Assembly (NCBI GenBank): GCA_043803945.1
Contig: JAZDJN010000095.1
Span: 64,001-128,000 of the forward strand
From: a bacterium
GTDB lineage: Bacteria > Bacteroidota > Ignavibacteria > UBA10030
DNA: 64,000 bases
Reading direction: 5' to 3'
In this document: piece by piece, positions 10,444 to 20,729 of the stretch
Layout: every line of letters begins with the position of its first letter
How positions within the stretch are numbered: the stretch's first letter is position 1
The notes under the pieces: model-generated
What the model was told of the DNA's origin: nothing
The model's database searches: none
What the model saw: only the letters and a program-made list of their open reading frames with translations
Translations under genes and position numbers: made by a program

Positions 10444-11383
10444 GGTAAGGGATGAGAGAGAGTGGATTGATGAGAGAATGAAGTTCCTTTGCAAGGCGCA
10501 CCGCTGTCTCGATCTCTACAAATTCAAACGAGACACAGTCTCGCGGGCGCAGTTGTCCGATGGCATGAAAATCTGCTGAAATCACATTGGCGATTTTTGG
10601 ATATCCGCCGGTGGTTTGATGCTCTACGAAGAGGATTATTGGTTGGCCGCCATGCGGAATCTGAACAGCACCAAGCGGAACACCCTCGGTGATAATTTCT
10701 TTCTTGTTTGCTTGAACGAGAGGCTCGCCAATAAGCCGAATTCCCATGCGGTTTGATTCTTCAGAAACCTCATACTCCGAATCGCATAGCATGGAAAACG
10801 ATGATTTCGGGAAGAGGTTTGCATGAGAAGAACGAGTGAGGCGAACGACATCTCTCTTCAGCGAAAGGAGTAAATTTTCTGACACTCGTTTGGGTAAAAA
10901 TGCTTCGTTCGGGACGGGCATAAGAGTAAGAACATCTCCTTTTCTCAGTGAACGTCCCCAATAACCGCCGAGACCAGTTGTCAGGTGTGTCGATACGCTT
11001 CCAAGGACGAGGGGCACCTCGATCCCCCCACGAATTGAAAGGTAACACCGCGCACCCGAACGCGTGGCTTTAAATGATAACAATTGACCGGCACGTACTT
11101 CAAGGGAAGTCCACAAAGGAACAGCAACTCCATCAAGGTCAGGTTGAAAATCAGATCCCGTAATGGCAACGATCGAGTTTCCTTCAAAGCGCAAGATTGT
11201 TCCAACAAGCGTCATCTCCAAAGCCGGAGTCTGCTCTGGGTTTCCAACGAGGAGGTTACCCAACCGAAGCGAGACAGCATCTGCAGCTCCGCTTGCGGAA
11301 ACACCGAGATGTGCATATCCATACCTGCCGAGATCCTGCACGGTTGTTTGAAATCCTGGCGATATCACATGAAGAAGAGGCAT
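10436..11383 (-). CDS. pxpC: 5-oxoprolinase subunit PxpC (AHS2)
   Basis: TTVQDLGRYG, GARCYL, SNRMGIRL, QTTGGYPKIA. Confidence 0.93.
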   Translation of the reverse strand: MPLLHVISPGFQTTVQDLGRYGYAHLGVSASGAADAVSLRLGNLLVGNPEQTPALEMTLVGTILRFEGNSIVAITGSDFQPDLDGVAVPLWTSLEVRAGQLLSFKATRSGARCYLSIRGGIEVPLVLGSVSTHLTTGLGGYWGRSLRKGDVLTLMPVPNEAFLPKRVSENLLLSLKRDVVRLTRSSHANLFPKSSFSMLCDSEYEVSEESNRMGIRLIGEPLVQANKKEIITEGVPLGAVQIPHGGQPIILFVEHQTTGGYPKIANVISADFHAIGQLRPRDCVSFEFVEIETAVRLAKELHSLINPLSLIPYHG

Positions 11384-11392
11384 CAGGAAGTT

Positions 11393-12097
11393 TTATTGAG
11401 AATGTTGTTGGAGAACTAGAAACTCATCTTTCGAGATGGGTCGAAATGTTACAAGGTCACCCATTTCCAAGAATGTCGGAGGTGTATGCTCGGGATTGAA
11501 CAGCGGTAATGGTGTACGACCGATAATTCTCCAACCCCCGGGAGACGAACAAGGGTAAATGCCTGTTTGCGATCCCCCAATGGCAACACTTCCTGCCGGC
11601 ACCTTCAATCGCGGTGATGATAAGCGGGGCACAAATAATTGTTGCGGCATTTCACCGAGGTACGGAAAGCCTGGTGAAAAACCAAGGAAATAGACTAAAT
11701 ACTCAACCGAAGTATGAATCCGAACGACCTCCTCAATGGTCAGTCCAGTATAAGCCAAAACATCATCCAGATCGGGACCGAACTCTTTACCATAGCAAAC
11801 AGGAATCTCTTTCCGCGGTTGAACCGTTGTTGCGGAGTGTTCGATGTCATGAAAAATTGTATAAACATGATGGAGTAATTTTTGGGCAGAGATTATTATG
11901 GGATCGAAAGAGAGAAGGACAGCATTGTACGATGGATGCACATTCTGGACGCCCGTTATCTTACGAGATGAGACTTCGCGGCAAAACGCAGCCACACGGG
12001 AATGAAGTTCACGGGTAATATCGGTGCCGAAGGATATCCGGAGCGAAGAATCACTCGATCGTGAAACACTTGGATGGTATAATCTTTTCGATTGCAT
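11393..12097 (-). CDS. pxpB: 5-oxoprolinase subunit PxpB (AHS1)
   Basis: IPVCYG..FGPDL, LGFSPGFPYL, VPAGSVAIGGSQTGIYP.SSPGGWRIIGRT. Confidence 0.95.
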   Translation of the reverse strand: MQSKRLYHPSVSRSSDSSLRISFGTDITRELHSRVAAFCREVSSRKITGVQNVHPSYNAVLLSFDPIIISAQKLLHHVYTIFHDIEHSATTVQPRKEIPVCYGKEFGPDLDDVLAYTGLTIEEVVRIHTSVEYLVYFLGFSPGFPYLGEMPQQLFVPRLSSPRLKVPAGSVAIGGSQTGIYPCSSPGGWRIIGRTPLPLFNPEHTPPTFLEMGDLVTFRPISKDEFLVLQQHSQ

Positions 12098-12118
12098 GGA
12101 GGAGCAGCGCCTCGCTCG

Positions 12119-12147
12119 ACAATAAGGTTTTTTAGTCGGGGAATCAA
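12119..12147 (-). promoter_or_regulatory. Putative sigma70 promoter for the pxp operon
   Basis: Minus strand TTGATT-17 bp-TATTGT upstream of pxpB. Confidence 0.45.
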
Positions 12148-12191
12148 TAAGAAGGACTTGTTAACGGTAAAGGGGAACAGTTTTCCCCGCC

Positions 12192-12220
12192 TTGCTTCTC
12201 CTGCCATTTGTGCCTATATT
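12192..12220 (+). promoter_or_regulatory. Putative sigma70 promoter for lon
   Basis: TTGCTT-17 bp-TATATT. Confidence 0.5.
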
Positions 12221-12233
12221 GACATCGAAATTC

Positions 12234-12269
12234 GGTGGGTGTGTCTCCAGCAAGACACGCCCGCTTTTT
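12234..12269 (+). other. Stem-loop with T-tract in the lon leader
   Basis: GGTGGGTGTGTCT-CCAGCA-AGACACGCCCGCT followed by TTTT. Confidence 0.6.
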
Positions 12270-12301
12270 GTTTTGGTGAATAACGAAGCATTCAAACGAC
12301 C

Positions 12302-14683
12302 ATGAGCGAAGAAAACATTAAACCGGCTGAAAGCCATATCGAAACACTGGACACCATCCCGACTGTATTGCCCGTCCTTGCACTACGCGACGTTGTTGTC
12401 TTTCCTTATATGATTTTTCCGGTGCTTGTCGGCAGGGAGAGCTCGCTGCGCGCCGCCAACGAGGCGATAGAACGCGGGAAGAACATCTTCCTTGTCGCCC
12501 AGAAGAATCCTGCCGTTGATGAACCAACACAGGAAGACGTGTACCACCAGGGGACAGTGGCAAAGATTATTCAGATGCTGAAGCTGCCGAACGGCCTCAT
12601 GAAAATTCTCGTTGATGGCACAGTGCAAGCAAGCGTGAAACGGTTTCTACCGACACAGGCTTATCTTGAGGCGGAAATTATCATTCATCGAACCGATCCA
12701 TTGCCCGGCCATGAAATCGATGCGCTGTTGCGACATACCTCGACGCTCTTTATAGAATATGTGAAACTTAACAGGAATGTGCCCCCTGAAGTCATCATGT
12801 CGTTCGACGGCATAAAGGAGCCTCAGCGAAAACTCTATTATATGGCGTCGAACCTTGTGCAAAGCGTAGACGTCAAACAAAGAATAATACAAACCGTGCA
12901 TTTGCGGGAACAGCTCTACGAACTTTCAAAGATTCTGAACACCGAAATCGACATTCTTAAGATAGAGCGGGAAATCGACACAAAAGTACAGGACAACATT
13001 CAGAAGTCCCAGCGTAAGTATTTCATTCAGGAACAGATCCGGGTTCTCCAGGATGAGCTGGGCGACGACGAAGCATCGCCCGAGCTGACTAAATTGAAAG
13101 AGGAAATTGAACAGGCAAAAATGTCGAAGGAAGCGGAAACCAAAGCGATGGAGGAGTTCAACAAGCTGAGGAAGACTCCACCGATGTCACCGGAGTTTAC
13201 CGTCATTCGCAATTACCTCGATTGGATGACCCATGTGCCCTGGACAAAACGCACGAAGGACAACCTGGATGTCGAGCACGTCAAGACCATTCTTGATGAG
13301 GACCATTTTGGCCTGGAGAAGCCGAAGGATCGGATTCTTGAGCACATTGCCGTTCTCAACCTTGTGAAGGAAATGAAGGGACAAATTCTTTGCTTTGTTG
13401 GCCCGCCGGGTGTTGGAAAGACGTCGCTGGCAAAATCAATTTCCCGCGCCCTGGGCAGAAAATTTGTGCGCATTTCTCTTGGCGGCGTGCGCGATGAGGC
13501 TGAAATTCGGGGGCATCGGCGGACCTATATCGGATCGATGCCGGGGAAAATCATACAATCCATGAAGAGGGCGGGCGTCGTCAATCCTGTGATGCTCATG
13601 GACGAAGTCGATAAGATGAGCATGGATTTTCGCGGCGATCCTTCTGCGGCATTGCTCGAGGTACTCGACCCGGAGCAAAACTGCACCTTCAGTGATCATT
13701 ATCTTGATATCGATTATGACCTTTCGAAGGTGATGTTTATTACCACAGCGAATATCCGCTACGCGATTCCACTTCCGCTCCAGGATCGCATGGAGATCAT
13801 AGAACTCTCGGGCTATCTTGATCATGACAAGAGAGAAATAGCAAAGCGGCACATCATCTCGAAACAGCTCGGCGAGCATGGATTAAATGGGAAAATGCTT
13901 CGCTTTCAGGATGAGGCGATTGACAGGATCATCAATGAATACACCCGTGAAGCGGGCGTCAGAAACCTTGAACGGGAAATTGCTTCTGTATGCCGTAAAG
14001 CCGCAAAGGAGATCGTTACACAGAAACGCGCAAAACGAATCAAGAGCACGCGATCAATCGAGGTGACAAAAGAAAAAATTGAGCAGTATCTTGGTGTGCC
14101 GAAGTTTAGGAAGAAATCGGCGGAGAAAGAACGCCGCGTGGGATCGGTTGTTGGTCTGGCATGGACAAGTGTCGGCGGCGAAATCCTCAATGTCGATGTG
14201 ACCATGATGCGCGGCTCAGAAAAACTGACACTGACCGGACAACTGGGTGACGTCATGAAAGAGTCTGCCCAGGCGGCATTGAGCTACATTCGTTCTAACG
14301 CGAAAAAATTTAAGATCGATCCGGATTTTTCAAAAGGGAAAGAAATTCATATTCATCTTCCTGAAGGAGCGATTCCAAAAGACGGGCCCTCGGCAGGCAT
14401 CACCATGGCGATGGCGATTATTTCTGTTGCCAGCGCACGGTCCGCCCGCAACGATGTTGCCATGACGGGAGAAATTACCCTGCGGGGAAGCGTTCTTCCC
14501 ATTGGAGGACTTAACGAAAAACTTCTCGCGGCGCAGCGAAGCGGTATTAAAACGGTCATTATCCCGAAGGAGAATGTTAAAGACCTTGCAGAGATCCCGG
14601 CACGGGTTAAGGAAGGGCTGAACATTGTTCCGGTAGAGACGATAGAAGAAGCGGCGAACCATGTTTTCGATAAAAGAAAATAA
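12302..14683 (+). CDS. lon: ATP-dependent protease La
   Basis: LON N domain, GPPGVGKTS, RGHRRTYIG, PKDGPSAG catalytic Ser, IGGLNEK. Confidence 0.99.
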   Translation: MSEENIKPAESHIETLDTIPTVLPVLALRDVVVFPYMIFPVLVGRESSLRAANEAIERGKNIFLVAQKNPAVDEPTQEDVYHQGTVAKIIQMLKLPNGLMKILVDGTVQASVKRFLPTQAYLEAEIIIHRTDPLPGHEIDALLRHTSTLFIEYVKLNRNVPPEVIMSFDGIKEPQRKLYYMASNLVQSVDVKQRIIQTVHLREQLYELSKILNTEIDILKIEREIDTKVQDNIQKSQRKYFIQEQIRVLQDELGDDEASPELTKLKEEIEQAKMSKEAETKAMEEFNKLRKTPPMSPEFTVIRNYLDWMTHVPWTKRTKDNLDVEHVKTILDEDHFGLEKPKDRILEHIAVLNLVKEMKGQILCFVGPPGVGKTSLAKSISRALGRKFVRISLGGVRDEAEIRGHRRTYIGSMPGKIIQSMKRAGVVNPVMLMDEVDKMSMDFRGDPSAALLEVLDPEQNCTFSDHYLDIDYDLSKVMFITTANIRYAIPLPLQDRMEIIELSGYLDHDKREIAKRHIISKQLGEHGLNGKMLRFQDEAIDRIINEYTREAGVRNLEREIASVCRKAAKEIVTQKRAKRIKSTRSIEVTKEKIEQYLGVPKFRKKSAEKERRVGSVVGLAWTSVGGEILNVDVTMMRGSEKLTLTGQLGDVMKESAQAALSYIRSNAKKFKIDPDFSKGKEIHIHLPEGAIPKDGPSAGITMAMAIISVASARSARNDVAMTGEITLRGSVLPIGGLNEKLLAAQRSGIKTVIIPKENVKDLAEIPARVKEGLNIVPVETIEEAANHVFDKRK

Positions 14684-14929
14684 CCGCGTGGCCGAAGTGC
14701 ACCGAGAACATGTGTTAACAGTAACGGAGAAAGAGTAACATTTCAGGTTTATTTTTCACAGCGTTTCGATTCTTGTTCCTGCGTAAGATGAGTAAACAAC
14801 CAATGAACCCTCGTGTTCCTGGCGCGCTTGGCGGTTCAGATTTTATTCAGAGAGCTTCAATCGTTTCTTTTGTGTAGCACAAGTTATTAACTTTTATCTT
14901 TCCAATTTCCTTGTTACTTTCATAATAGC

Positions 14930-16783
14930 ATGTCCTATCAGGTTACAGCACGAAAATGGCGACCGACAATCTTTGAAGAAGTTGTCGGTCAAACGCATGT
15001 CACAAGCACGCTCCGTAACGCGATTGCCTCCAATCGCCTTGCCCATGCGTACATCTTCAGCGGTGCACGCGGCTGCGGAAAGACAACAACAGCCCGCATC
15101 CTGGCAAAGGCCATCAACTGTCTCTCGCCAAAAGAATTCAATCCCGACAATACATGTGAAATTTGCCAGGAGATCACCGCAGGCAGAAACCTCGATGTGA
15201 TCGAAATTGACGGAGCCTCCAACAGAGGTGTGGAAGAAATTCGGAATCTTCGCGAGTCGGTCCGGTATACGCCGACACGCGGAACCTACAAAGTCTACAT
15301 CATCGACGAAGTGCACATGTTAACAAAGGAAGCCTTCAACGCACTTCTCAAAACGCTCGAAGAACCCCCCGCCCACGTCATCTTTATTTTTGCGACAACA
15401 GAAGTTCACAAGATACCAATGACCATTTTGTCGAGATGTCAACGCTTCGACTTCCGCCGCATCTCCATAGAAGAAATTATTGCCCGCCTGCGGTTTATTG
15501 CCAAGGAAGAGCAGGTAACCATCGACGATAACGCACTGGTCATTATTGCGAAGAAGGGGGACGGATCACTCCGCGACGCGCAGAGCATTTTCGACCAGAT
15601 TCGTTCATTCTGTGGTAACACTATCGCCGCTGCCGATGTGTTGAAAGTGTTGAATGTTGTTGATCAGGAATTGTTCTTCCGTGTCACAGAGATGATTCGC
15701 TCGGGCAATGTAAGGGGCGGCATCGAACTGGTCGATGAACTTGTCCGGCATGGGTACGATCTGCGGGAATTTCTCAGCGGACTCTCGGAACACTTGAGAA
15801 ATATTCTTGTCGTCATGACGACAGAATCGACACAGCTTGTTGAGGCATCGGAGGTGTACCGGAAGAGATACAGCGATGAATCGAAACAGTTTCAGCAAAG
15901 CGATGTTCTCCGGCTTATAAAACTGGTGAATGACCTGGAACAAGCAATTCGCTGGGCTCCACAGCCGCGCTTTAAGTTGGAAGTGGGCATTCTCCAAATG
16001 ATTAAACTCGATCGGGCTGTGCAACTAGATCGGTTGATCAAACAAATTGAGGAGATGAAAAAGAAACTTGACGGAGCACCAGTCGGGTCCGCAATACATC
16101 AACCCACCATGGCACCACCTCTTCCCGAGAAAACGAAAAAACCAGACGTGCCGCCGCCGATCCTTTCCGGAAGCAGCGAACAGCAAAACGACAACGGCAC
16201 AAGGGAGATCAAGGTTCTTGGGAAAGTCAGTGCGGGAACCCTCAGTAGCACTGCCGCTATTCGGTTATCAGCAAAAAGCGAGACACCTTCCCCTGTAATC
16301 GAAAAAGAGATGGTAAAACTATCGTTACTTGCAGGCGGAGCAGGAGAAATTCAGAGCAGTCGCGAGAATGGCAGGCCGATATCACCCGAACAGGCCAATG
16401 AACAGTGGAGCGAATGGATTGGAGAGGTGCGAAGATCAAAAATCGGTGTCGGGACAATTTTGAGCGAAAGCCATTTGCTGGAGGTCCGTGACGGAGCATT
16501 ACACATCGGCTGCCCCGATGACTTCCACTATTCGTCGCTTAAGCGGAACAAGGATTTTCTCGTCGATGCGTTTGAGCGTGTTACCGGATTTAAGGTTCGC
16601 ATTGAGCCGGTGATGCATAAGATCGAGAAGAGCGGTAAGAGGCAAACCTCCAACCTGCGGGAGAACGCAACCCCAGCCCCTGGTGGCAGGGGAGAAGATA
16701 CCAGGACAACAGGGGTCTCCTCAGAGGATCACCCCGTTATTACAGCACTCAAGCGTGAGTTTGGCGCAGATCTGATACGATAG
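14930..16783 (+). CDS. dnaX: DNA polymerase III subunit gamma/tau
   Basis: ARKWRP, GARGCGKTT, IDEVHML, LKTLEEPP, SRCQ. Confidence 0.97.
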   Translation: MSYQVTARKWRPTIFEEVVGQTHVTSTLRNAIASNRLAHAYIFSGARGCGKTTTARILAKAINCLSPKEFNPDNTCEICQEITAGRNLDVIEIDGASNRGVEEIRNLRESVRYTPTRGTYKVYIIDEVHMLTKEAFNALLKTLEEPPAHVIFIFATTEVHKIPMTILSRCQRFDFRRISIEEIIARLRFIAKEEQVTIDDNALVIIAKKGDGSLRDAQSIFDQIRSFCGNTIAAADVLKVLNVVDQELFFRVTEMIRSGNVRGGIELVDELVRHGYDLREFLSGLSEHLRNILVVMTTESTQLVEASEVYRKRYSDESKQFQQSDVLRLIKLVNDLEQAIRWAPQPRFKLEVGILQMIKLDRAVQLDRLIKQIEEMKKKLDGAPVGSAIHQPTMAPPLPEKTKKPDVPPPILSGSSEQQNDNGTREIKVLGKVSAGTLSSTAAIRLSAKSETPSPVIEKEMVKLSLLAGGAGEIQSSRENGRPISPEQANEQWSEWIGEVRRSKIGVGTILSESHLLEVRDGALHIGCPDDFHYSSLKRNKDFLVDAFERVTGFKVRIEPVMHKIEKSGKRQTSNLRENATPAPGGRGEDTRTTGVSSEDHPVITALKREFGADLIR

Positions 16784-16959
16784 AACACAGCAGCAACAAA
16801 ACACAATCTCAACTCCTCCCGCAGCAATTCATAGTGATCGGACGCCAGACACAAAGCAATAAGAGTATTGTACTATCCTCCAATCCTTTTTACTCGTGAA
16901 CAACAAAAAATCTTCCTTTGCATTTTTACTAAAAAGGAGCGAATCTCTTCTTAGATGCT

Positions 16960-17619
16960 ATGGTAAAAATCTCAGACGATCGACATACAGAACCTTTCCC
17001 ACCTGGGTTTAAGAAGAAGACACTCTTTGCACTACTGCTCTTAGCGGCAGCAATCGTTTCAACGATTATTCATGAACTCGGACACTGTGTCGCCTACTGG
17101 GCGCAGAATATTCCCGCCGCTTTGTCCCTCACTAAAGAATTTCCTCTCCAAAACATCACAGTGCGAGAATTTGCAATCGGTTCAGCCGGCGGACCAGCAG
17201 TAACGATTATCATTACCATCGTCAGCTTCCGGCTCTATGCAAGAGCAAAGAAAAAAAACAACGGTAAGCAAGTCTTCGCCGCCCTGGTGCTGGCGAATAT
17301 TTTTTATTTTTTTCTCCGGTCATTGATTGCAGTCAGAAAAAAGTCTGGCGGAGAGCTCGAACGAGCGGCAAATCTTTTCGGTCAGGACTACCTCTTTACC
17401 GTCCTTCTTTTCCTGGGTTTTGCGCTGGTAATTCTTATACTCTGCATTGGAAAGGAGAGAATCAAACTGTCCTTTATCAATATCGCATTCTTTCTTATAC
17501 TGTTTATTATCTATGGGATTGGAATGGCCGGGCTTGAGGCTGTCGACCGGACATTGTTCTGGGAGAAATTTCCAACCATCCAGGTCGACAATGGTTACAA
17601 GTATAATGAGCACAAGTAA
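16960..17619 (+). CDS. Membrane protein with HExxH motif (M50-like metallopeptidase?)
   Basis: Several TM segments, IIHELGH and AGGP motifs. Confidence 0.6.
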   Translation: MVKISDDRHTEPFPPGFKKKTLFALLLLAAAIVSTIIHELGHCVAYWAQNIPAALSLTKEFPLQNITVREFAIGSAGGPAVTIIITIVSFRLYARAKKKNNGKQVFAALVLANIFYFFLRSLIAVRKKSGGELERAANLFGQDYLFTVLLFLGFALVILILCIGKERIKLSFINIAFFLILFIIYGIGMAGLEAVDRTLFWEKFPTIQVDNGYKYNEHK

Positions 17620-17718
17620 ACAACCGGTGTCACCAATAGTATTCCGATGCAGGACTTGACTCCATGGTGTCTTGAAGACAACAGTAAGCAATCAACATAC
17701 ATTCAGCAAGGAACAATT

Positions 17719-19023
17719 ATGAAACAGGCCGTTGTAATAGGAACATGTCTGATACTCGTGTCGTGGGGAATGCTCTCTGCGCAAACGCGAAAAGCAAGTA
17801 CGCTCTCCGAGGAAGATCTGGCCGCACTTGCCAAAAAAATTCATGAAAGAATTATCACCATTGATACCCACGATGATATTTCTCAGGAATTTGCCACAGA
17901 AAGAAACGATCCGGGCAGTCCCGAAAACCGCCGGCAGGTTTCCTTGCCAAAGATGCGCAGCGGAGGACTTGACGCGGAATTTTTTGCTGTCTTCACCGGC
18001 AACGGACAGCGTACGCCGGCTGCATGGGATACAGCCTATGCCCGCGCGATACGTGCCTTTGAAGCGATTCACCGGCTTCCCACCATGAGACCGTCTGAAA
18101 TTGAGATTGCGTATTCACCGGCGGATGTTATCCGCATCCATAACGGAGGGAAACTTATTGCGTGCATTGGGGTGGAAAACGGTTACCCGCTTGGCATGGA
18201 GATATCGCGCGTCAAAGAATTTTATAATCGCGGAGCACGCTACATAACGCTGACACACAGCGGCCACAATCAGATCTGTGACTCGTCGACTCCACGGCCC
18301 GACGAACTACCGGAGGAGCATCATGGATTAAGCGAGTATGGGCGCCTGGTGGTGGCAGAAATGAATCGGCTTGGTATCATGGTCGATATTTCTCATGCAT
18401 CGAAAAAAGCAGCTCTTGATGTTTTAAAATTTTCCAAGGCGCCCATCATTGCCTCTCACTCTGGCGCAGATGCCGTTAACGCAAGCCCGAGAAATGTTGA
18501 CGATGAAACCTTGCTTGCGATAAAGAACAATGGCGGCGTTGTCCAGTGTGTGGCCCTCGCCAGCTATATTAAAACAGTAACAGAGACCCCGGAACGGCAT
18601 GCGGCAATTGCCGAGCTGAGAAAAGAACTCGGATTGCCAGCGGGACGCGATGGCTCCGGGCGCCGGCAAGCACAGCAAATGACCGAGGAGCAGCGGAGGC
18701 AGAATCAGGAGCAGATGGCAAAATTCCGTGAACGAATGCCGGAGATTGATAAAACATACCCACCGCAAAAAATTTCTGTGCAGGACATGGTAAACCACAT
18801 CGACTACATGGTGAATGTTATGGGGATCGACCATGTAGGCATTGGCACCGACTTTGACGGTGGTGGCGGTTTAACGGGATTCAAAGATGCAAGCGAAAGC
18901 CTTAATGTTACACTTGAGCTCGTACGGCGTGGTTACACCGAAGAGGAAATCGGAAAAATATGGGGCGGCAACCTCCTCAGAGTCTGGAGAGCCGTGGAGA
19001 AGACGGCGAAGGAGATGAACTAG
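17719..19023 (+). CDS. Exported membrane dipeptidase (M19 family)
   Basis: IDTHDD, GVENG, LTHSGHN, DISH, IASHS, GIGTDFDGGG, GGNLLRV; signal peptide from ATG 17719. Confidence 0.93.
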   Translation: MKQAVVIGTCLILVSWGMLSAQTRKASTLSEEDLAALAKKIHERIITIDTHDDISQEFATERNDPGSPENRRQVSLPKMRSGGLDAEFFAVFTGNGQRTPAAWDTAYARAIRAFEAIHRLPTMRPSEIEIAYSPADVIRIHNGGKLIACIGVENGYPLGMEISRVKEFYNRGARYITLTHSGHNQICDSSTPRPDELPEEHHGLSEYGRLVVAEMNRLGIMVDISHASKKAALDVLKFSKAPIIASHSGADAVNASPRNVDDETLLAIKNNGGVVQCVALASYIKTVTETPERHAAIAELRKELGLPAGRDGSGRRQAQQMTEEQRRQNQEQMAKFRERMPEIDKTYPPQKISVQDMVNHIDYMVNVMGIDHVGIGTDFDGGGGLTGFKDASESLNVTLELVRRGYTEEEIGKIWGGNLLRVWRAVEKTAKEMN

Positions 19024-19074
19024 TCTGTCGGTTCTCCGACCGGGGATTAAGGTAAAGAGAAGGATCAAACAATT

Positions 19075-19857
19075 ATGCTTGTTGGAGTGGTTCAAACAAA
19101 ACCGGAGTTTGGATCTGTTCGCACGAACATCAACAATGCGATTGAGTTGATGAATTCTGCAAGGGCAGATCTCTATGTGTTGCCGGAGTTGTTCAACACC
19201 GGCTACAACTTCATCGATGAAGCCGAAGCAGCAACACTCTCCGAGGAGGTGACAGGATTAACGTATCAAGCACTTTGTACCTTTGCTGCAAAGAACTCAT
19301 GTTGTATTGTCTATGGATTTGCAGAGAGAGAGCAGCACCGCTACAATTCCTCGGCACTGGTCGGCCCGGAAGGCATTATAGGACTTTATCGGAAGGTACA
19401 TCTCTTCGACCGCGAGAAGCTATTCTTTGCGCCTGGAAATCTCGGCTTTCCGGTGTTTACCCTTCCGTTTGGAACCCTGGGGATGATGATTTGCTATGAC
19501 TGGATTTATCCGGAAGCGGCACGGACACTGATGCTGAAGGGAGCACAGATTATTGCCCACCCCGCGAATCTTGTCCTGCCCTTCTGTCCCGACGCCATGA
19601 TTACACGCTGCCTCGAAAACCGCGTGTTTGCGATAACAGCCGATCGTGTTGGAAAAGAGGAGAGAGGCGGAGTATATTTACAATTTATAGGGAAGAGCGA
19701 AATAGTCTCTCCTCGCGGTGAAATTCTTTGTCGCCTTGGTACGGATGATTCCGGAATTGCAATAACGGAGATCGACATTGCTCTCGCGACAAATAAACAG
19801 GTCACGCAACGCAACAACTTGCTGGAAGACCGTTTCAAAGAGTACTATCTCATGTAA
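19075..19857 (+). CDS. Nitrilase-family carbon-nitrogen hydrolase
   Basis: E-K-C triad: LPELF, YRKVHL, ICYDW. Confidence 0.93.
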   Translation: MLVGVVQTKPEFGSVRTNINNAIELMNSARADLYVLPELFNTGYNFIDEAEAATLSEEVTGLTYQALCTFAAKNSCCIVYGFAEREQHRYNSSALVGPEGIIGLYRKVHLFDREKLFFAPGNLGFPVFTLPFGTLGMMICYDWIYPEAARTLMLKGAQIIAHPANLVLPFCPDAMITRCLENRVFAITADRVGKEERGGVYLQFIGKSEIVSPRGEILCRLGTDDSGIAITEIDIALATNKQVTQRNNLLEDRFKEYYLM

Positions 19858-19869
19858 GGTGAAACAACC

Positions 19870-20625
19870 ATGCAGCACTACACCATTCTCATTTCTCTCA
19901 TTATCACAAGGCTTGCTTTGTCTAGCTGCAGCCCTGTAATACAAACGACACGGACACCGGAAGAAAACCGCAGGGTCATTATCGTCTACCAGCCATCCCA
20001 CCAGATGGATACGGGCCGGGAGTTTAATGAAGCCATGGTCTGTAATGCAATTATCGAATCGGCCATTGCCTCCTCAACGGGGTCCGTAGAAGTGCATAAG
20101 GTATGGAGCCATGATCAGGAAGGGCTTCACCATGCACGGCAGGGAAGCAACACAAAGATAGAACACACATCAATGATTGACAGCCTGGGAAGAATCTCAG
20201 GGTACGCATATGAACTTCGGGCGTCGAACAAACTCAAGCCCGATGTGTTTATTGGAGTTCATAATAACGGCGCAACAAACAAAAACGCTTGCTGGGGATT
20301 TGTACACGAAGGGGATCGTCATGAACAGGACTGCCGTGAGTTGGCAAAGGTCCTGGTTGACGAAATCTGTGCAGCCACAGGAATGGAGAACGGTGGTATT
20401 CTGGGTGACAGTTCTCCCAATAGAAATGATTACCGCTGCAAGACAACAGGAAAACTTTCCTTTTACAGTTTGGATGAAAATGTTAACACAGCGCCGATTC
20501 GTGTGCTGCTCGAAATTGGCGACAATGAACTGAGCCGGGAGTTATTGCACAATCCGGCTGCTCAACAAACGATGGGACGCGTTATTCAAAGTGTTATCGA
20601 ACGGCGCTATGGAAGCGAGAAGTAA
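19870..20625 (+). CDS. Putative lipoprotein, divergent N-acetylmuramoyl-L-alanine amidase (Amidase_3-like)
   Basis: Lipobox LSSC; QPSH..NE, DVFIGVHNN, VLLEIG follow the Zn-amidase H/E/H/E order. Confidence 0.6.
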   Translation: MQHYTILISLIITRLALSSCSPVIQTTRTPEENRRVIIVYQPSHQMDTGREFNEAMVCNAIIESAIASSTGSVEVHKVWSHDQEGLHHARQGSNTKIEHTSMIDSLGRISGYAYELRASNKLKPDVFIGVHNNGATNKNACWGFVHEGDRHEQDCRELAKVLVDEICAATGMENGGILGDSSPNRNDYRCKTTGKLSFYSLDENVNTAPIRVLLEIGDNELSRELLHNPAAQQTMGRVIQSVIERRYGSEK

Positions 20626-20729
20626 TCTACCGGCATGGTTCCCTCTTCCTGAATGAAGAAAATTAGGAGTAAGCCCTACTCTTCGAGGGCGAACCCAACC
20701 CTGATTGATACCCGCGCGGTCTTTTCACC

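Noticed and set aside
14684-14846. MITE between lon and dnaX (AACCGC...GCGGTT ends)
   Set aside because: Terminal complementarity is too degenerate and there is no second copy in the window.
16051-16071. dnaX -1 frameshift (G AAA AAG with a nearby -1 frame TGA)
   Set aside because: Not the canonical A AAA AAG, the SD-like sequence is too close, and there is no convincing downstream stem-loop.
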